Origin: a virus
Taxonomy: Duplodnaviria; Caudoviricetes
Direction: 5' to 3' (one strand)
Length of the DNA: 64,000 nt
IMG/VR virus record: IMGVR_UViG_3300020048_000088
Coordinates: 1 to 64,000 of that record
Part shown: piece after piece, positions 27,601-35,238 of the stretch
Layout of the letters: every line of letters begins with the position of its first letter
How positions within the stretch are numbered: position 1 is the first letter of the stretch
Translations under genes and position numbers: made by a program
Notes under the pieces: model-generated
Databases searched by the model: none
The model's input: only the letters and a program-made list of their open reading frames with translations
Told to the model about the DNA's origin: nothing

Positions 27601-28143
27601 CAGCCTGATGTACTTGTGGGGGAAGGGGCCGCAGGGGTTCTTGTCAAGCTCCCCAAGTCTCCAGACCGACGTGTTGTCGTCCACCAGCACGCTCAAGTCC
27701 CCGTCCGATGTGCAAATGACATTGCGCTCGTGGCGCAGGTGCTTGACGAGGTAGGCCAGCACGTCGTCCGCCTCGTAAGATGCTTGCTGGATCACCCGCA
27801 TGCCGAGGTGCAGCGCCATCTGGGTGACGCGGTCACGCGCAATGTTGAGCTGGTCGCTGACCTCCTGCGCCTTGTCCCGGCCCTCTTTGTACTGGGGCAG
27901 GAACGTGCGCCGGGTCTGCTTCGAATTTGCTCCGTCCCACACCAGGCTGACCTGGCGGGGCGCCACGGCGAACGTGTCGAGGTCCTTGGCAACCTTCTCC
28001 CAGAAGCCCTCGACACCGTAGTCGGCGGAGTTGACTTGGGTCTGCTTGCCGTCTTCACCGGTGATCACCCGGCCACCGTCGTGATCGACGCCCCTGAGGA
28101 GCGCCATGTTGAGGTACGAGTTTCCGTCTATGAGCAGTTTCAT
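24643..28143 (-). CDS. polA: Family A DNA polymerase with 5'-3' and 3'-5' exonuclease domains
   Basis: LIDGNS and YEADD (5'-3' exonuclease), ALDIET (3'-5' exonuclease), DFSGQELR (motif A), AKTVVFASQFG (motif B), VHDE (motif C). Confidence 0.95.
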   Translation of the reverse strand: MKLLIDGNSYLNMALLRGVDHDGGRVITGEDGKQTQVNSADYGVEGFWEKVAKDLDTFAVAPRQVSLVWDGANSKQTRRTFLPQYKEGRDKAQEVSDQLNIARDRVTQMALHLGMRVIQQASYEADDVLAYLVKHLRHERNVICTSDGDLSVLVDDNTSVWRLGELDKNPCGPFPHKYIRLYKSLVGDTSDKIPGAKGFGDAAWVDLVRTFGLDGLDMMMELIENSQIARLAEDVADFKPLQKIIDAKDMVATSWRVAGLMVDQVNTMRKPWDLRAGMVAQWDELPDEMRVHDLRSSYGTKTLVTAANYERVFNAFQQRVIESPFVALDIETSSSEDSDEWIERVNAISEKTKGNKIDVLGHELTGMSLTFGANTQHTFYMSVDHKDTDNITVDQCRAMVELIPQSLHTIIQNRQFEFSVLYRTWGDKWLDNGWHGMVPNALDTKVGASVVDENLPKGLKARSLHHLGYTQETYEQTTCRSGPLGTLAGGQKLKEFKKEVVPAVYKEVIIEIDDEWVDDNGEIHQSKSEQITQELVTPPTIEMWETRQYKMRELTGKEVLSYGADDTICTAALHSHYQFVMELEHTWDAYLEVHQLPEYLTSLAFVQGCEVGLPELAEMEREDDARYDSAWRVLREFLMEKGWEGTACPEFEGDIEPSDVKLALPLLLDGDFSTKKRKLIGIAFDIREQFPDNERADLLATIVERNDVEALNGLLKQSFTGEPKLNFGSPKQLQHLFYNVMGMTPRIFNPLTEKQRELAVFKSAFKKMRQAKDGKEVEYTGEEREALISKASTDDSAVETSLHFDNPTGKQRQVLEAYTSIKEVTTRRNLFYKTWKAVPHWRDGRVHSSLNQAEAATRRYSSSNPNVQQLPSKGDGAKFRTIIRPHHKDAVIVSCDFSGQELRGMAEQCGDEALTACYVGDRLLDVHSLTAVQAAIYLWGETVTYEQFMEMMNSPDPEVKKRAKALRGQAKTVVFASQFGAQAPKIAQQLFVDDATAQQFLDAKDKAFPRIEAWKAEFEELAAKQGYALDLTGMRRHLAQAMMSENKWEAAKAARQASNYAIQGSAACQSLLAMSSMWRKGLFAGGKYDARFLFPVHDECVASVHKDHALEFTREFHACMTQPFAGVKIPIVSSIDIGKNFGDLIEIGEKFDETKIKEALQEIFGN

Positions 28144-28505
28144 TTACTGCCTTTCTTCTTTGAGGTTCTGGGCTCCGGGATTTGGAGCCCGTCAATAAAC
28201 ACCTTGCGCTCACTGACGTGAGGCAGGGCGCGAGGGTCCAGCCACGAGGGAAACCCGCTCAAGGCGGGGTTCTCCAGGATGGCGTGACCCTTGATTTGGT
28301 AGGTGACGACGTTGCTGCTCTTGAGCTTGACGACGCCTCCTGACACCACCTGATTGGTAAGCCATCCAAAGACAAACCTCTTCGATATGTCCCTGGAGGT
28401 CACAGCCGCTACGAGCCCGTTGCGGGTCTTGGGTGACCGCAGCAGTCGGGTCAGCACAAGCTCCGCTCTGCGTACCTGCGACGCCCTGGAGTTTGGGTCT
28501 ATCTG
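28140..28505 (-). CDS. Hypothetical, possibly winged-helix DNA-binding protein
   Basis: Basic, coupled to polA. Confidence 0.45.
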   Translation of the reverse strand, partial: QIDPNSRASQVRRAELVLTRLLRSPKTRNGLVAAVTSRDISKRFVFGWLTNQVVSGGVVKLKSSNVVTYQIKGHAILENPALSGFPSWLDPRALPHVSERKVFIDGLQIPEPRTSKKKGSK

Positions 28506-28741
28506 CGCCATTTGGCAGTCCTCTCGAGCATGTTCTGGCAATCAAAGCAGCGGATGCGCCCCAGCCTGAGGCGGGCCTCGGGGATAAGCTCCCCACACTC
28601 GCACTCGGGGTTGGGCCAGCTTCCGTCAGGGCTTTGAACCTGCTGTGGGGCAGCCGCGCGCTGCGCCTCCTCCACAGCTGCATCAGCGAGTTGCTGGGTC
28701 AGCGTGGCCGCGCGGTCGAGATCGTCTGCCTCATGCGTCAT
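28499..28741 (-). CDS. TraR/DksA C4 zinc-finger protein
   Basis: DDLDRA N-terminus and CEC.E.IPEAR......RCFDCQ. Confidence 0.85.
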   Translation of the reverse strand: MTHEADDLDRAATLTQQLADAAVEEAQRAAAPQQVQSPDGSWPNPECECGELIPEARLRLGRIRCFDCQNMLERTAKWRR

Positions 28742-28743
28742 GG

Positions 28744-29187
28744 TTACACCCCGGCTTTCGCTCGTTCGCGCAACTCGATGATGGCGATCAGATTCCAAGC
28801 CATGTGGTCAAGGTGTGGCAGCAGGCTGTCGGGGTCAAGCTCCTCGTGCCGAGCCTTGAGCAGGTGACGCCACATCGCGTCGAAGTACCGGGTCTCGCCG
28901 TCAGGCACTGTCTGCCAGCCCCCTCGGGTGTACTTTTTGGCGCCCATGTCCCCCACGTTGGCCACAGCCTGCAGGGCGAGGGCGAAGTCATGAAGCACTC
29001 CTGCCACACACTTGCCTGCATCCGCCTTGGCGCCCGGAGTGTTGAGTGGAACGCCGTTGGGGTCAGACTCGACCTTTGCGCAGACCGTCACTGACGGCGG
29101 CCCGCCGTACGGCTTTATCTCCTGGCCCTCAGGCCTTGGGCCTACTGCCGTCCCCTTGATTACAGGGTACCCATTCATTGTTTCCAT
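28744..29187 (-). CDS. dATP/dGTP diphosphohydrolase (DUF5664-like)
   Basis: GAKAD.GK, V...GAKKY..GGW, RY.DA.WRH and DS.LPHL.H.AWN motifs. Confidence 0.8.
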   Translation of the reverse strand: METMNGYPVIKGTAVGPRPEGQEIKPYGGPPSVTVCAKVESDPNGVPLNTPGAKADAGKCVAGVLHDFALALQAVANVGDMGAKKYTRGGWQTVPDGETRYFDAMWRHLLKARHEELDPDSLLPHLDHMAWNLIAIIELRERAKAGV

Positions 29188-29419
29188 AACTTTTCTTCTT
29201 GTTGTTTTTGTGTGAAAAGTGATTGAAGGCCCGGCGCCACGCGTAAGAGCGTGCCAGGCTTACGGCGGTGAATAACACCGTTATTTGCAGGTTCTCTGCA
29301 AAATTCGTTTCTATTTTCCAGATGGGCTTCACAATAAACTCCCAGACACAGAGCGAGATCAGGAATCCTGACCCGATGTTCAGGAGCTGCTCGATCAGCG
29401 ATTGGGTCTTAGACTGCAT
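29129..29419 (-). CDS. Small phage membrane protein (DUF7220-like)
   Basis: QSK.QSLIE...NI.SGF...S.ARSY.WRR.FN. Confidence 0.65.
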   Translation of the reverse strand: MQSKTQSLIEQLLNIGSGFLISLCVWEFIVKPIWKIETNFAENLQITVLFTAVSLARSYAWRRAFNHFSHKNNKKKSYGNNEWVPCNQGDGSRPKA

Positions 29420-29996
29420 GGGCCTCAAGCACCGCACGCTCTGCGGGTAGGTCGCGGTTCACTGCACGCTCTGCGTTGAACGCCATGCCGTTGTAGCGCT
29501 TGAGCAGCTTATCGACGTTGGCCACCATGACGACCTCCATTTCGACGTCAGCTGCGGCACCCCGGTCAATGACAAGGCTCACCAGCGCGGCGGCCTCTGC
29601 CATGAGCTGGGTCGGCGACATGGTCGGAGCCTTGCCGTAACCGATCCAACGCTTGGCCAGGTCAAGCCACTCGACGAATTCGCCCATGATCTGGAAGTCT
29701 TCGGCGCCCATGCGCTCACACGCCTCGTCAGTCAGCTTGTCGAATGCGACTTCGTCGTAAGGGCCCACGTCGTCCAGCACTTGCTTGAGCGCTGCCAGGT
29801 AGAAGCACAGGTCGCCGGCTTCTTCGATGGCGTTGATGGGGTCGGTCGCCGTCAGGTATTCGTGGCACTCGGTGACGAGGCCAAGGACTGCGTGGCTGAA
29901 GTCCTTGGACAGGTCCCCGGTGCGGTTGTACAGGGCTTTCACGAAGCCTTCGTAGCCGACCGTGGTCAGCACTTCAATTGCGGTTTTGGGTGTCAT
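29409..29996 (-). CDS. MazG-like nucleotide pyrophosphohydrolase
   Basis: HA.LGLVTECHE, EE.GDL.FY and N..KL.KRY motifs. Confidence 0.75.
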   Translation of the reverse strand: MTPKTAIEVLTTVGYEGFVKALYNRTGDLSKDFSHAVLGLVTECHEYLTATDPINAIEEAGDLCFYLAALKQVLDDVGPYDEVAFDKLTDEACERMGAEDFQIMGEFVEWLDLAKRWIGYGKAPTMSPTQLMAEAAALVSLVIDRGAAADVEMEVVMVANVDKLLKRYNGMAFNAERAVNRDLPAERAVLEAHAV

Positions 29997-30709
29997 TTTT
30001 GTTTCCTTGGGTTGAGTTGCTGTTCTACGGTGAACTTCAGGTCGATGTCGAGTGCCAGGTTCTCCACCATCCAGCGCAGGTAAGGTGCGGGAATTTCGTC
30101 AAAGCGCTTGCCTTTGTGCTTGCCAAAGCTCATGGTCTTCATCAGCATGGGCTCAAACGAAGCCTCGGCGAGTTGGCGCAGGGTCAGCCCGGTGCGCTCA
30201 CAGATGTGCTTGGCAAGGTGCAGGCTGGTCACCACGTCACTGAGCACCCGGTGTGCGTCGGTGGCGCGCGGCAGGCCCAGCTCGAACACCAGCGTCTGGA
30301 GCTGGTGGTTATCGGCCTCCGGGTACAGGCGCCGCGCCCAGCGCAACGAACAAACTTCCTGCACCACGTTGGTGATGTAGGGCTTGACAAAACGGTGGTC
30401 GAACGCGATGTTGTGCCCGCACAGGACGACTGGATCGTCGATGACCCGGCCGTAGCAGGATTCGTCGTCAACGCTGAAGAACTCCTGGATGGTGGGCGAG
30501 TCCTGCAGGTCTGCCAGGACAAGGCCGTGCACCGCGCTGGCGGCCGATGCGATGCTGCGCTGAGGGTCGATCAGGGACTCGACTTCAGCGATGAAGTTGA
30601 AGTCTTCGTCCACCTCCAGCCACCCGAGCTCGACCACTGCGTCGTCGTGATTTACACCGGTGGTCTCGGTGTCGAGAAACAGGTATCTGACTTTTTCTGG
30701 TAAGGGCAT
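29993..30709 (-). CDS. DEDDh 3'-5' exonuclease (exonuclease X-like)
   Basis: LDTETTG, HN..FD, HRV.SD and C-terminal FGKHKG...P..YL.W. Confidence 0.9.
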   Translation of the reverse strand: MPLPEKVRYLFLDTETTGVNHDDAVVELGWLEVDEDFNFIAEVESLIDPQRSIASAASAVHGLVLADLQDSPTIQEFFSVDDESCYGRVIDDPVVLCGHNIAFDHRFVKPYITNVVQEVCSLRWARRLYPEADNHQLQTLVFELGLPRATDAHRVLSDVVTSLHLAKHICERTGLTLRQLAEASFEPMLMKTMSFGKHKGKRFDEIPAPYLRWMVENLALDIDLKFTVEQQLNPRKQK

Positions 30710-30725
30710 GAATGCTCCTGTAAGT

Positions 30726-30745
30726 GGGAGCCCCGAAGGGCTCCC
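30726..30745 (-). terminator. GC-rich UUCG-tetraloop hairpin after the 30752-31600 gene
   Basis: GGGAGCCC-TTCG-GGGCTCCC on the minus strand; no clear U tract. Confidence 0.5.
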
Positions 30746-30751
30746 GTTACA

Positions 30752-31600
30752 TCAGATTTTCGCGGGCAGAGTCGCCACGATCTTGCCCTTGGTCCAAGTG
30801 TTGGTGCCCTTGGACGCTGCCTCTCGCAGGAAGTAGAACTCAAACGGGTCCGCTGGGAGTGCGTACCCTTTGAGGCCCATCGCCACGCACTTGGCAGTCG
30901 CCTCGAGGTCCGACTGGTACTTGCGGAATGCGGGGATCGACGACGAACTCAGGGTGATCTGCACCACCTCGCGGAAGTCAGGCTCGTCCTCACTGCCCAT
31001 CACGGCGACTTCACAGTCGATGAAGTCGCGCTTGCCGGCCTTATCGAACTCCTCCTCCGTGCGGAGGTACTCGACGTACTCATCCACAGGCTTGCCGATC
31101 CAGGACTTGAGCTCCTCCCCGATGATCGAGTCAATGACCTTGCCGTCATTGCTGTAGGCGACGAACTGACCACTGTCCTTACCCTGCTCGCCGGGGGAGA
31201 CTTGGTAGCTCGTGTCCCACGCCAGCAGGCGAACCTTCGCCCAGCGGCCCAGCACAAGCTTGTCGCCCGACATTTCCTTGATCACACCGTTATCGAACTT
31301 GAACACGCGGTGAGAGCCGTAGCCGAAGTCCGCTGCACCCTTCATCTCGGCCACCTCGGCCTTGAATCGCTTTGCTGCATTGGCAGCGTCGTTGGTGGTC
31401 AGGCTTGAGCCAGCCGCCTTGGCCAGGGCCACTGTGGATTCAACCTTGGCCGCAGCCATGGGCTCGGGTGCAGGGCTCTGCGCAGGCGTCGCCGGGGCGG
31501 TTGCTTCCTTCTGGGGAGTTTCCCGCTCGGCGACGGCTGTGTCAGCAACGCCGGTGGGTTCTTGTTCAAAAGCTGCTTGGTTGGTCTTTTTAAGTGCCAT
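30752..31600 (-). CDS. Hypothetical replication protein (candidate SSB/annealing protein)
   Basis: Good RBS; lies between primase-helicase and exonuclease. Function inferred from context only. Confidence 0.45.
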   Translation of the reverse strand: MALKKTNQAAFEQEPTGVADTAVAERETPQKEATAPATPAQSPAPEPMAAAKVESTVALAKAAGSSLTTNDAANAAKRFKAEVAEMKGAADFGYGSHRVFKFDNGVIKEMSGDKLVLGRWAKVRLLAWDTSYQVSPGEQGKDSGQFVAYSNDGKVIDSIIGEELKSWIGKPVDEYVEYLRTEEEFDKAGKRDFIDCEVAVMGSEDEPDFREVVQITLSSSSIPAFRKYQSDLEATAKCVAMGLKGYALPADPFEFYFLREAASKGTNTWTKGKIVATLPAKI

Positions 31601-31667
31601 GATTTTCTTTCAGTTACAGTTAACAAACGCCGTGACTACTTAGGTTTCGTCACAACGGCTCCCACAC

Positions 31668-34559
31668 CTATTTGGTGCGGAAGTCTTCCACTCCCTCCGC
31701 TGTCAGCTTTTCAAGGCTGAAGCGAAAGACTCTCGACTGGCCCGTCGCCTTCAGCGGCGAACCAGCGCATACCTTGTCCATGGTGGGTGGGAACTTGCCC
31801 ATGGCCACGATGAACGCCTCACCCGATGTGTAGTACGGCTCCATGCCGGTACGCCTGCACCAGGTGAAATACTTCACAAACATTTCGCGCATCCGCAGCT
31901 CGATGTAGCCATCCTTGATGATGTAGTCGCGACCCTCCTGCATGTGGCAGTCGGACTCCGACGGCTCCGAGCGGGAGATCAGCGACAGGTCGTTGAACAT
32001 CTTTCCCGCTTCTGACTGGGCGGCGGCGCTCAGCTCGACCTTGTGCTCATGGATGGCGCGCTTGAGCACCGCGATCGGCTCATTGAACTCGTCACCGAAT
32101 ACAGAGGTCAGGACGCCGTCAAGGTAGTTCAGACCTTCCAGCACGATGGCGAGGTTGTAGACCTGTCGGTCGTGCACCGAGCGCGGGAACGAGGCTCGCA
32201 AGGCGTCGCGGATTGGCTCCAACGCCGCTCTGCGGGTCTCGATCGTCTCGGAGAACGCGAACTTCAGGATCAGTCGTCCCAGCGAGCCCATGTAGTCCTG
32301 ACCCTTCAGGGCCAGGTCCCATGCCTCTTTGCGCTCCACCGTGTCGGCGATGTTGAACGCGACCGGCAGGCTGCGCTGCACGATTGCGGTCTGCATCTCC
32401 TGGGCTTCTGCCAGGTACACGATGGGGGTGCTGAAACTGAACTCGGTGATGTCCTTGAACGACGACGACGCGCTCGAGTTGCCCATGGCGCCAGAGGCGC
32501 CCTTGCCCTGGTTGTAGGCAAGCCTGAACGCCTGCAGCAGGAAGTCTGTGCGGACTGGCCCCATCTCGGCGGGCTTGTACTCGTCGAGGATCAGCGGGAT
32601 GCTGCAGGAGCCTGTGAGCGAGGACTTCAGGGCATACGCCGTGGTGACCGTGCCGCATGACTGCAGCTTGGGCTCCCGGGTGAACGTGTGCATGCGGCCC
32701 AACAACTGCGACGTCAGGGTCTTGCCGCTGCCGGCCGGGCCATTCGGGTGCAGCAACGGGAACTGGCTGAACGCCTGGTGGTAGAACTGCTTGTGAAAGC
32801 AGCTCACAAACCACCCGAGCATTTGCGCCATCGTTGTTGGGGAGTTGATCGTGAGCAGGGCGTGTACCCAGGCTCTCGTCTCCGGCGTGTCCTGCAGGGG
32901 CTCGGCCCGGTGCAGGTCCGAGTCGAAGATGGCGTTGGTTGTCATCAGCGGCTGGTAGGTGTATTCAGTGGAGCAGGTCTTGTAAATCTGCCCCGGCGTC
33001 ACCCAAACAACGTCCTTCTTGATGCTGTCGACTTCCTCTGGGTCCTGGAGAACCTCAAGGCCCTCTTTGTGAATTGCGTAGATCACTCTTTCCTCCTTGT
33101 TTGCCCGACGTGTCAGGATGAGCTTGACTGCTCCCGCCTGGGTATCGGAGCCTGAAAAAATACCCCCGTAGGCTGAGCAGTACTGCGTCAGCGTGCTACG
33201 GGAGACGAACGCCTTGTCGGCGACTGTGTGGCGGCCCCGGGGCCTGCCATCGCTGAAGATGTTGACGACCAGACCAAGGTTGGTGTTGTTGCCACCCCCG
33301 TCCCTGTGCGCCTCCTTCAGATTGGCTGGCACCGTCCAACCCACGTTGCTGATGGACTTGGGGCCTTCCTGCGAGGGCTTGATCACACCCTCCTTACGCA
33401 CCTTCAGGCCTTCCTCAAGCGCCTTGTTCGCAAACGAGAGGCTTTCGGACTCCTCTTTGGTCAGCGGCGCGTCGTCTTCAGCCTCTTCCATTGAGTCACC
33501 GCCGGTGAGCGGGCCGCCCTTGGTGTCAAGGTCTGGCGTGGTTTGCTCGGGGTCGAGCAGAGACCGGACGCCCCCTGGCGAGAACGTGTAGCAGGGGTTG
33601 CCGTGGGTGTAGTCCAGCATCCTGCGCAGTTCCTCCTTGCGCTTGCGAGGTGAGCCGTACCGGGATGAGTCCCCCGAATGGGTTTTGCAAAGGCCCTCAC
33701 AGGCTTTGACAAACTCGTCGGCGTCCTTGCCCAGCGCATTGGCCGTGATGGCCAGCTGCATGGCGATTTTCTGGAAGCCCATTCCCGGCAGAATCCCCTC
33801 GCCGCGCATGATCATTTCCACCGATGGGGGCAGGGCGCCGTTGAACTTGCGCAACAGCTCCTCGTCGGCGACTGCCGACTTGGCTCTGCGCGCCAACTGC
33901 TCCTTGACCTTCTCGGAGTACTTCATGAACATGGCGGCCAGATCGGTGCTGATCGCCGGGGCTGTCGTCGTGACTGGCGCGCGGGGTGCGCTGCACAGCT
34001 CGTCGAACAGCTCTGGCGTCATGCTGCGCGCCTCGTCCAGGGTGATGGGCACCTTGTACTTGTCGTTGCTGCGCTTGACGCCACAGGTTCTCCACATGCG
34101 CCCCTTGCGCCCCGTGTAGATGCGCAGGTCCATCGTGTCGACAGCCATTTCCATGGCCATCTCACGGTAGATGTAAGGGAGCCCGATGATGCCGTCTTTG
34201 GGGACCTTGCTCATCATGACTTCCTGTGGGACTTCGATGTGAAAGCCTCGGCCCCCCGTCGCGAAAAGTCTCAGGCAACCCATGGGGACGCCTTTTTCTT
34301 CAAGGGTCTCCAGGAGCTTCTGAAATTCAGGGATGGTGGTGCCGACGCTCTCGGCGTCGAAGTCGAAGTACATACTTCCTCTGTACTTCATCTTGGTGTA
34401 TTCGTCGCTGCCCCAGTCATCTGAGGGCACCGAATCAGCGTCGAGCACGGTCACGAATGCGGGGTTGCGCTCTTTCAGAATCAGGTCGCGGTGCTCGGAC
34501 AGGCCCTCGCGCCAGGCGTCATCACCCCCTACCTGCTGGTACCAAAAGTAAAAGGACAT
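31668..34559 (-). CDS. Primase-helicase (AEP/prim-pol N-domain plus P-loop helicase)
   Basis: YFDFD, TGGRGFH and D..IY...KGRMWR (AEP); GPAGSGKT Walker A; LILDE Walker B. Confidence 0.85.
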   Translation of the reverse strand: MSFYFWYQQVGGDDAWREGLSEHRDLILKERNPAFVTVLDADSVPSDDWGSDEYTKMKYRGSMYFDFDAESVGTTIPEFQKLLETLEEKGVPMGCLRLFATGGRGFHIEVPQEVMMSKVPKDGIIGLPYIYREMAMEMAVDTMDLRIYTGRKGRMWRTCGVKRSNDKYKVPITLDEARSMTPELFDELCSAPRAPVTTTAPAISTDLAAMFMKYSEKVKEQLARRAKSAVADEELLRKFNGALPPSVEMIMRGEGILPGMGFQKIAMQLAITANALGKDADEFVKACEGLCKTHSGDSSRYGSPRKRKEELRRMLDYTHGNPCYTFSPGGVRSLLDPEQTTPDLDTKGGPLTGGDSMEEAEDDAPLTKEESESLSFANKALEEGLKVRKEGVIKPSQEGPKSISNVGWTVPANLKEAHRDGGGNNTNLGLVVNIFSDGRPRGRHTVADKAFVSRSTLTQYCSAYGGIFSGSDTQAGAVKLILTRRANKEERVIYAIHKEGLEVLQDPEEVDSIKKDVVWVTPGQIYKTCSTEYTYQPLMTTNAIFDSDLHRAEPLQDTPETRAWVHALLTINSPTTMAQMLGWFVSCFHKQFYHQAFSQFPLLHPNGPAGSGKTLTSQLLGRMHTFTREPKLQSCGTVTTAYALKSSLTGSCSIPLILDEYKPAEMGPVRTDFLLQAFRLAYNQGKGASGAMGNSSASSSFKDITEFSFSTPIVYLAEAQEMQTAIVQRSLPVAFNIADTVERKEAWDLALKGQDYMGSLGRLILKFAFSETIETRRAALEPIRDALRASFPRSVHDRQVYNLAIVLEGLNYLDGVLTSVFGDEFNEPIAVLKRAIHEHKVELSAAAQSEAGKMFNDLSLISRSEPSESDCHMQEGRDYIIKDGYIELRMREMFVKYFTWCRRTGMEPYYTSGEAFIVAMGKFPPTMDKVCAGSPLKATGQSRVFRFSLEKLTAEGVEDFRTK

Positions 34560-34728
34560 TTGAATGCCCTTAATTGGTATCAGGTGTGGGTGTGTGAGGC
34601 TGAAACGCCCGTAGCAAAGCCCCCTGCTGGGGGCCGTTGGAACTATCAAGAGCGCCGGTGGCGCCCTGGTTTTGGTTTGTCATAAAAGCCCAATATTCTT
34701 ATTATTGTTAGGGCTCAGAGGGGATCGA

Positions 34729-35238
34729 TCAGTACCGTATCGGCACTCCCGGAAACCTCGCTCTGAAGTCATTAAGTGTCTCACAATATGTGTGAGACTC
34801 AATTTGCTCATCGACCCGACTTCGGGCTTTGATGAGGATCGCGTAATGGGAAGCGAATTCTACGCCTCGCGGACCGGTCTTGCCCTTCCACTTGAAAATA
34901 AATTCCAGAGGCAGTTGCAGGAACAGGTCTCGGCCTCGCCATTTGGTTGGGACCATGCCAATGGGGTACTCGCCCTGGCCCTCTGACGCGGCGTAGGCAA
35001 GCGGGCCACTTTCTTGCCCGATCGTCAGGCAGCTCAGCGTGATCATGTCGATGTGCACTGGTCTCAGACCCTCGAGCGTGTACACCACCAGCACCCTGCC
35101 TGGAAACGCCGCCTCCTTGCCGACGAACCTGTAAGACTGGTACTCTTCGCGTAACGCCGGGAGCATCTGATCGATCAGCGCTTTTCGACTCGCTGAGTCA
35201 TCCAGAAACTTGTCGAATCTCTCCTTAGTCGTCACCAT
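34729..35238 (-). CDS. Hypothetical protein
   Basis: AAGGAG RBS; 169 aa. Confidence 0.6.
   Translation of the reverse strand: MVTTKERFDKFLDDSASRKALIDQMLPALREEYQSYRFVGKEAAFPGRVLVVYTLEGLRPVHIDMITLSCLTIGQESGPLAYAASEGQGEYPIGMVPTKWRGRDLFLQLPLEFIFKWKGKTGPRGVEFASHYAILIKARSRVDEQIESHTYCETLNDFRARFPGVPIRY

Noticed and set aside
24643-28143. Intein or intron in PolA explaining its 1166-aa length
   Set aside because: No C/S...HN-C/S/T splice junctions or LAGLIDADG motifs. Length is accounted for by the fused 5'-3' exonuclease plus insertions.
25363-28221. Long plus-strand ORFs antisense to polA (594 and 343 aa) and similar antisense ORFs over sbcC, sbcD and primase
   Set aside because: These are expected stop-poor antisense frames of GC-rich coding DNA, with no motifs or RBS.
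24643-29187. Z-genome (2-aminoadenine) pathway
   Set aside because: No PurZ/adenylosuccinate-synthetase-like gene is in the window. DUF5664 and an odd PolA alone are insufficient, so this is kept only as a testable hint.
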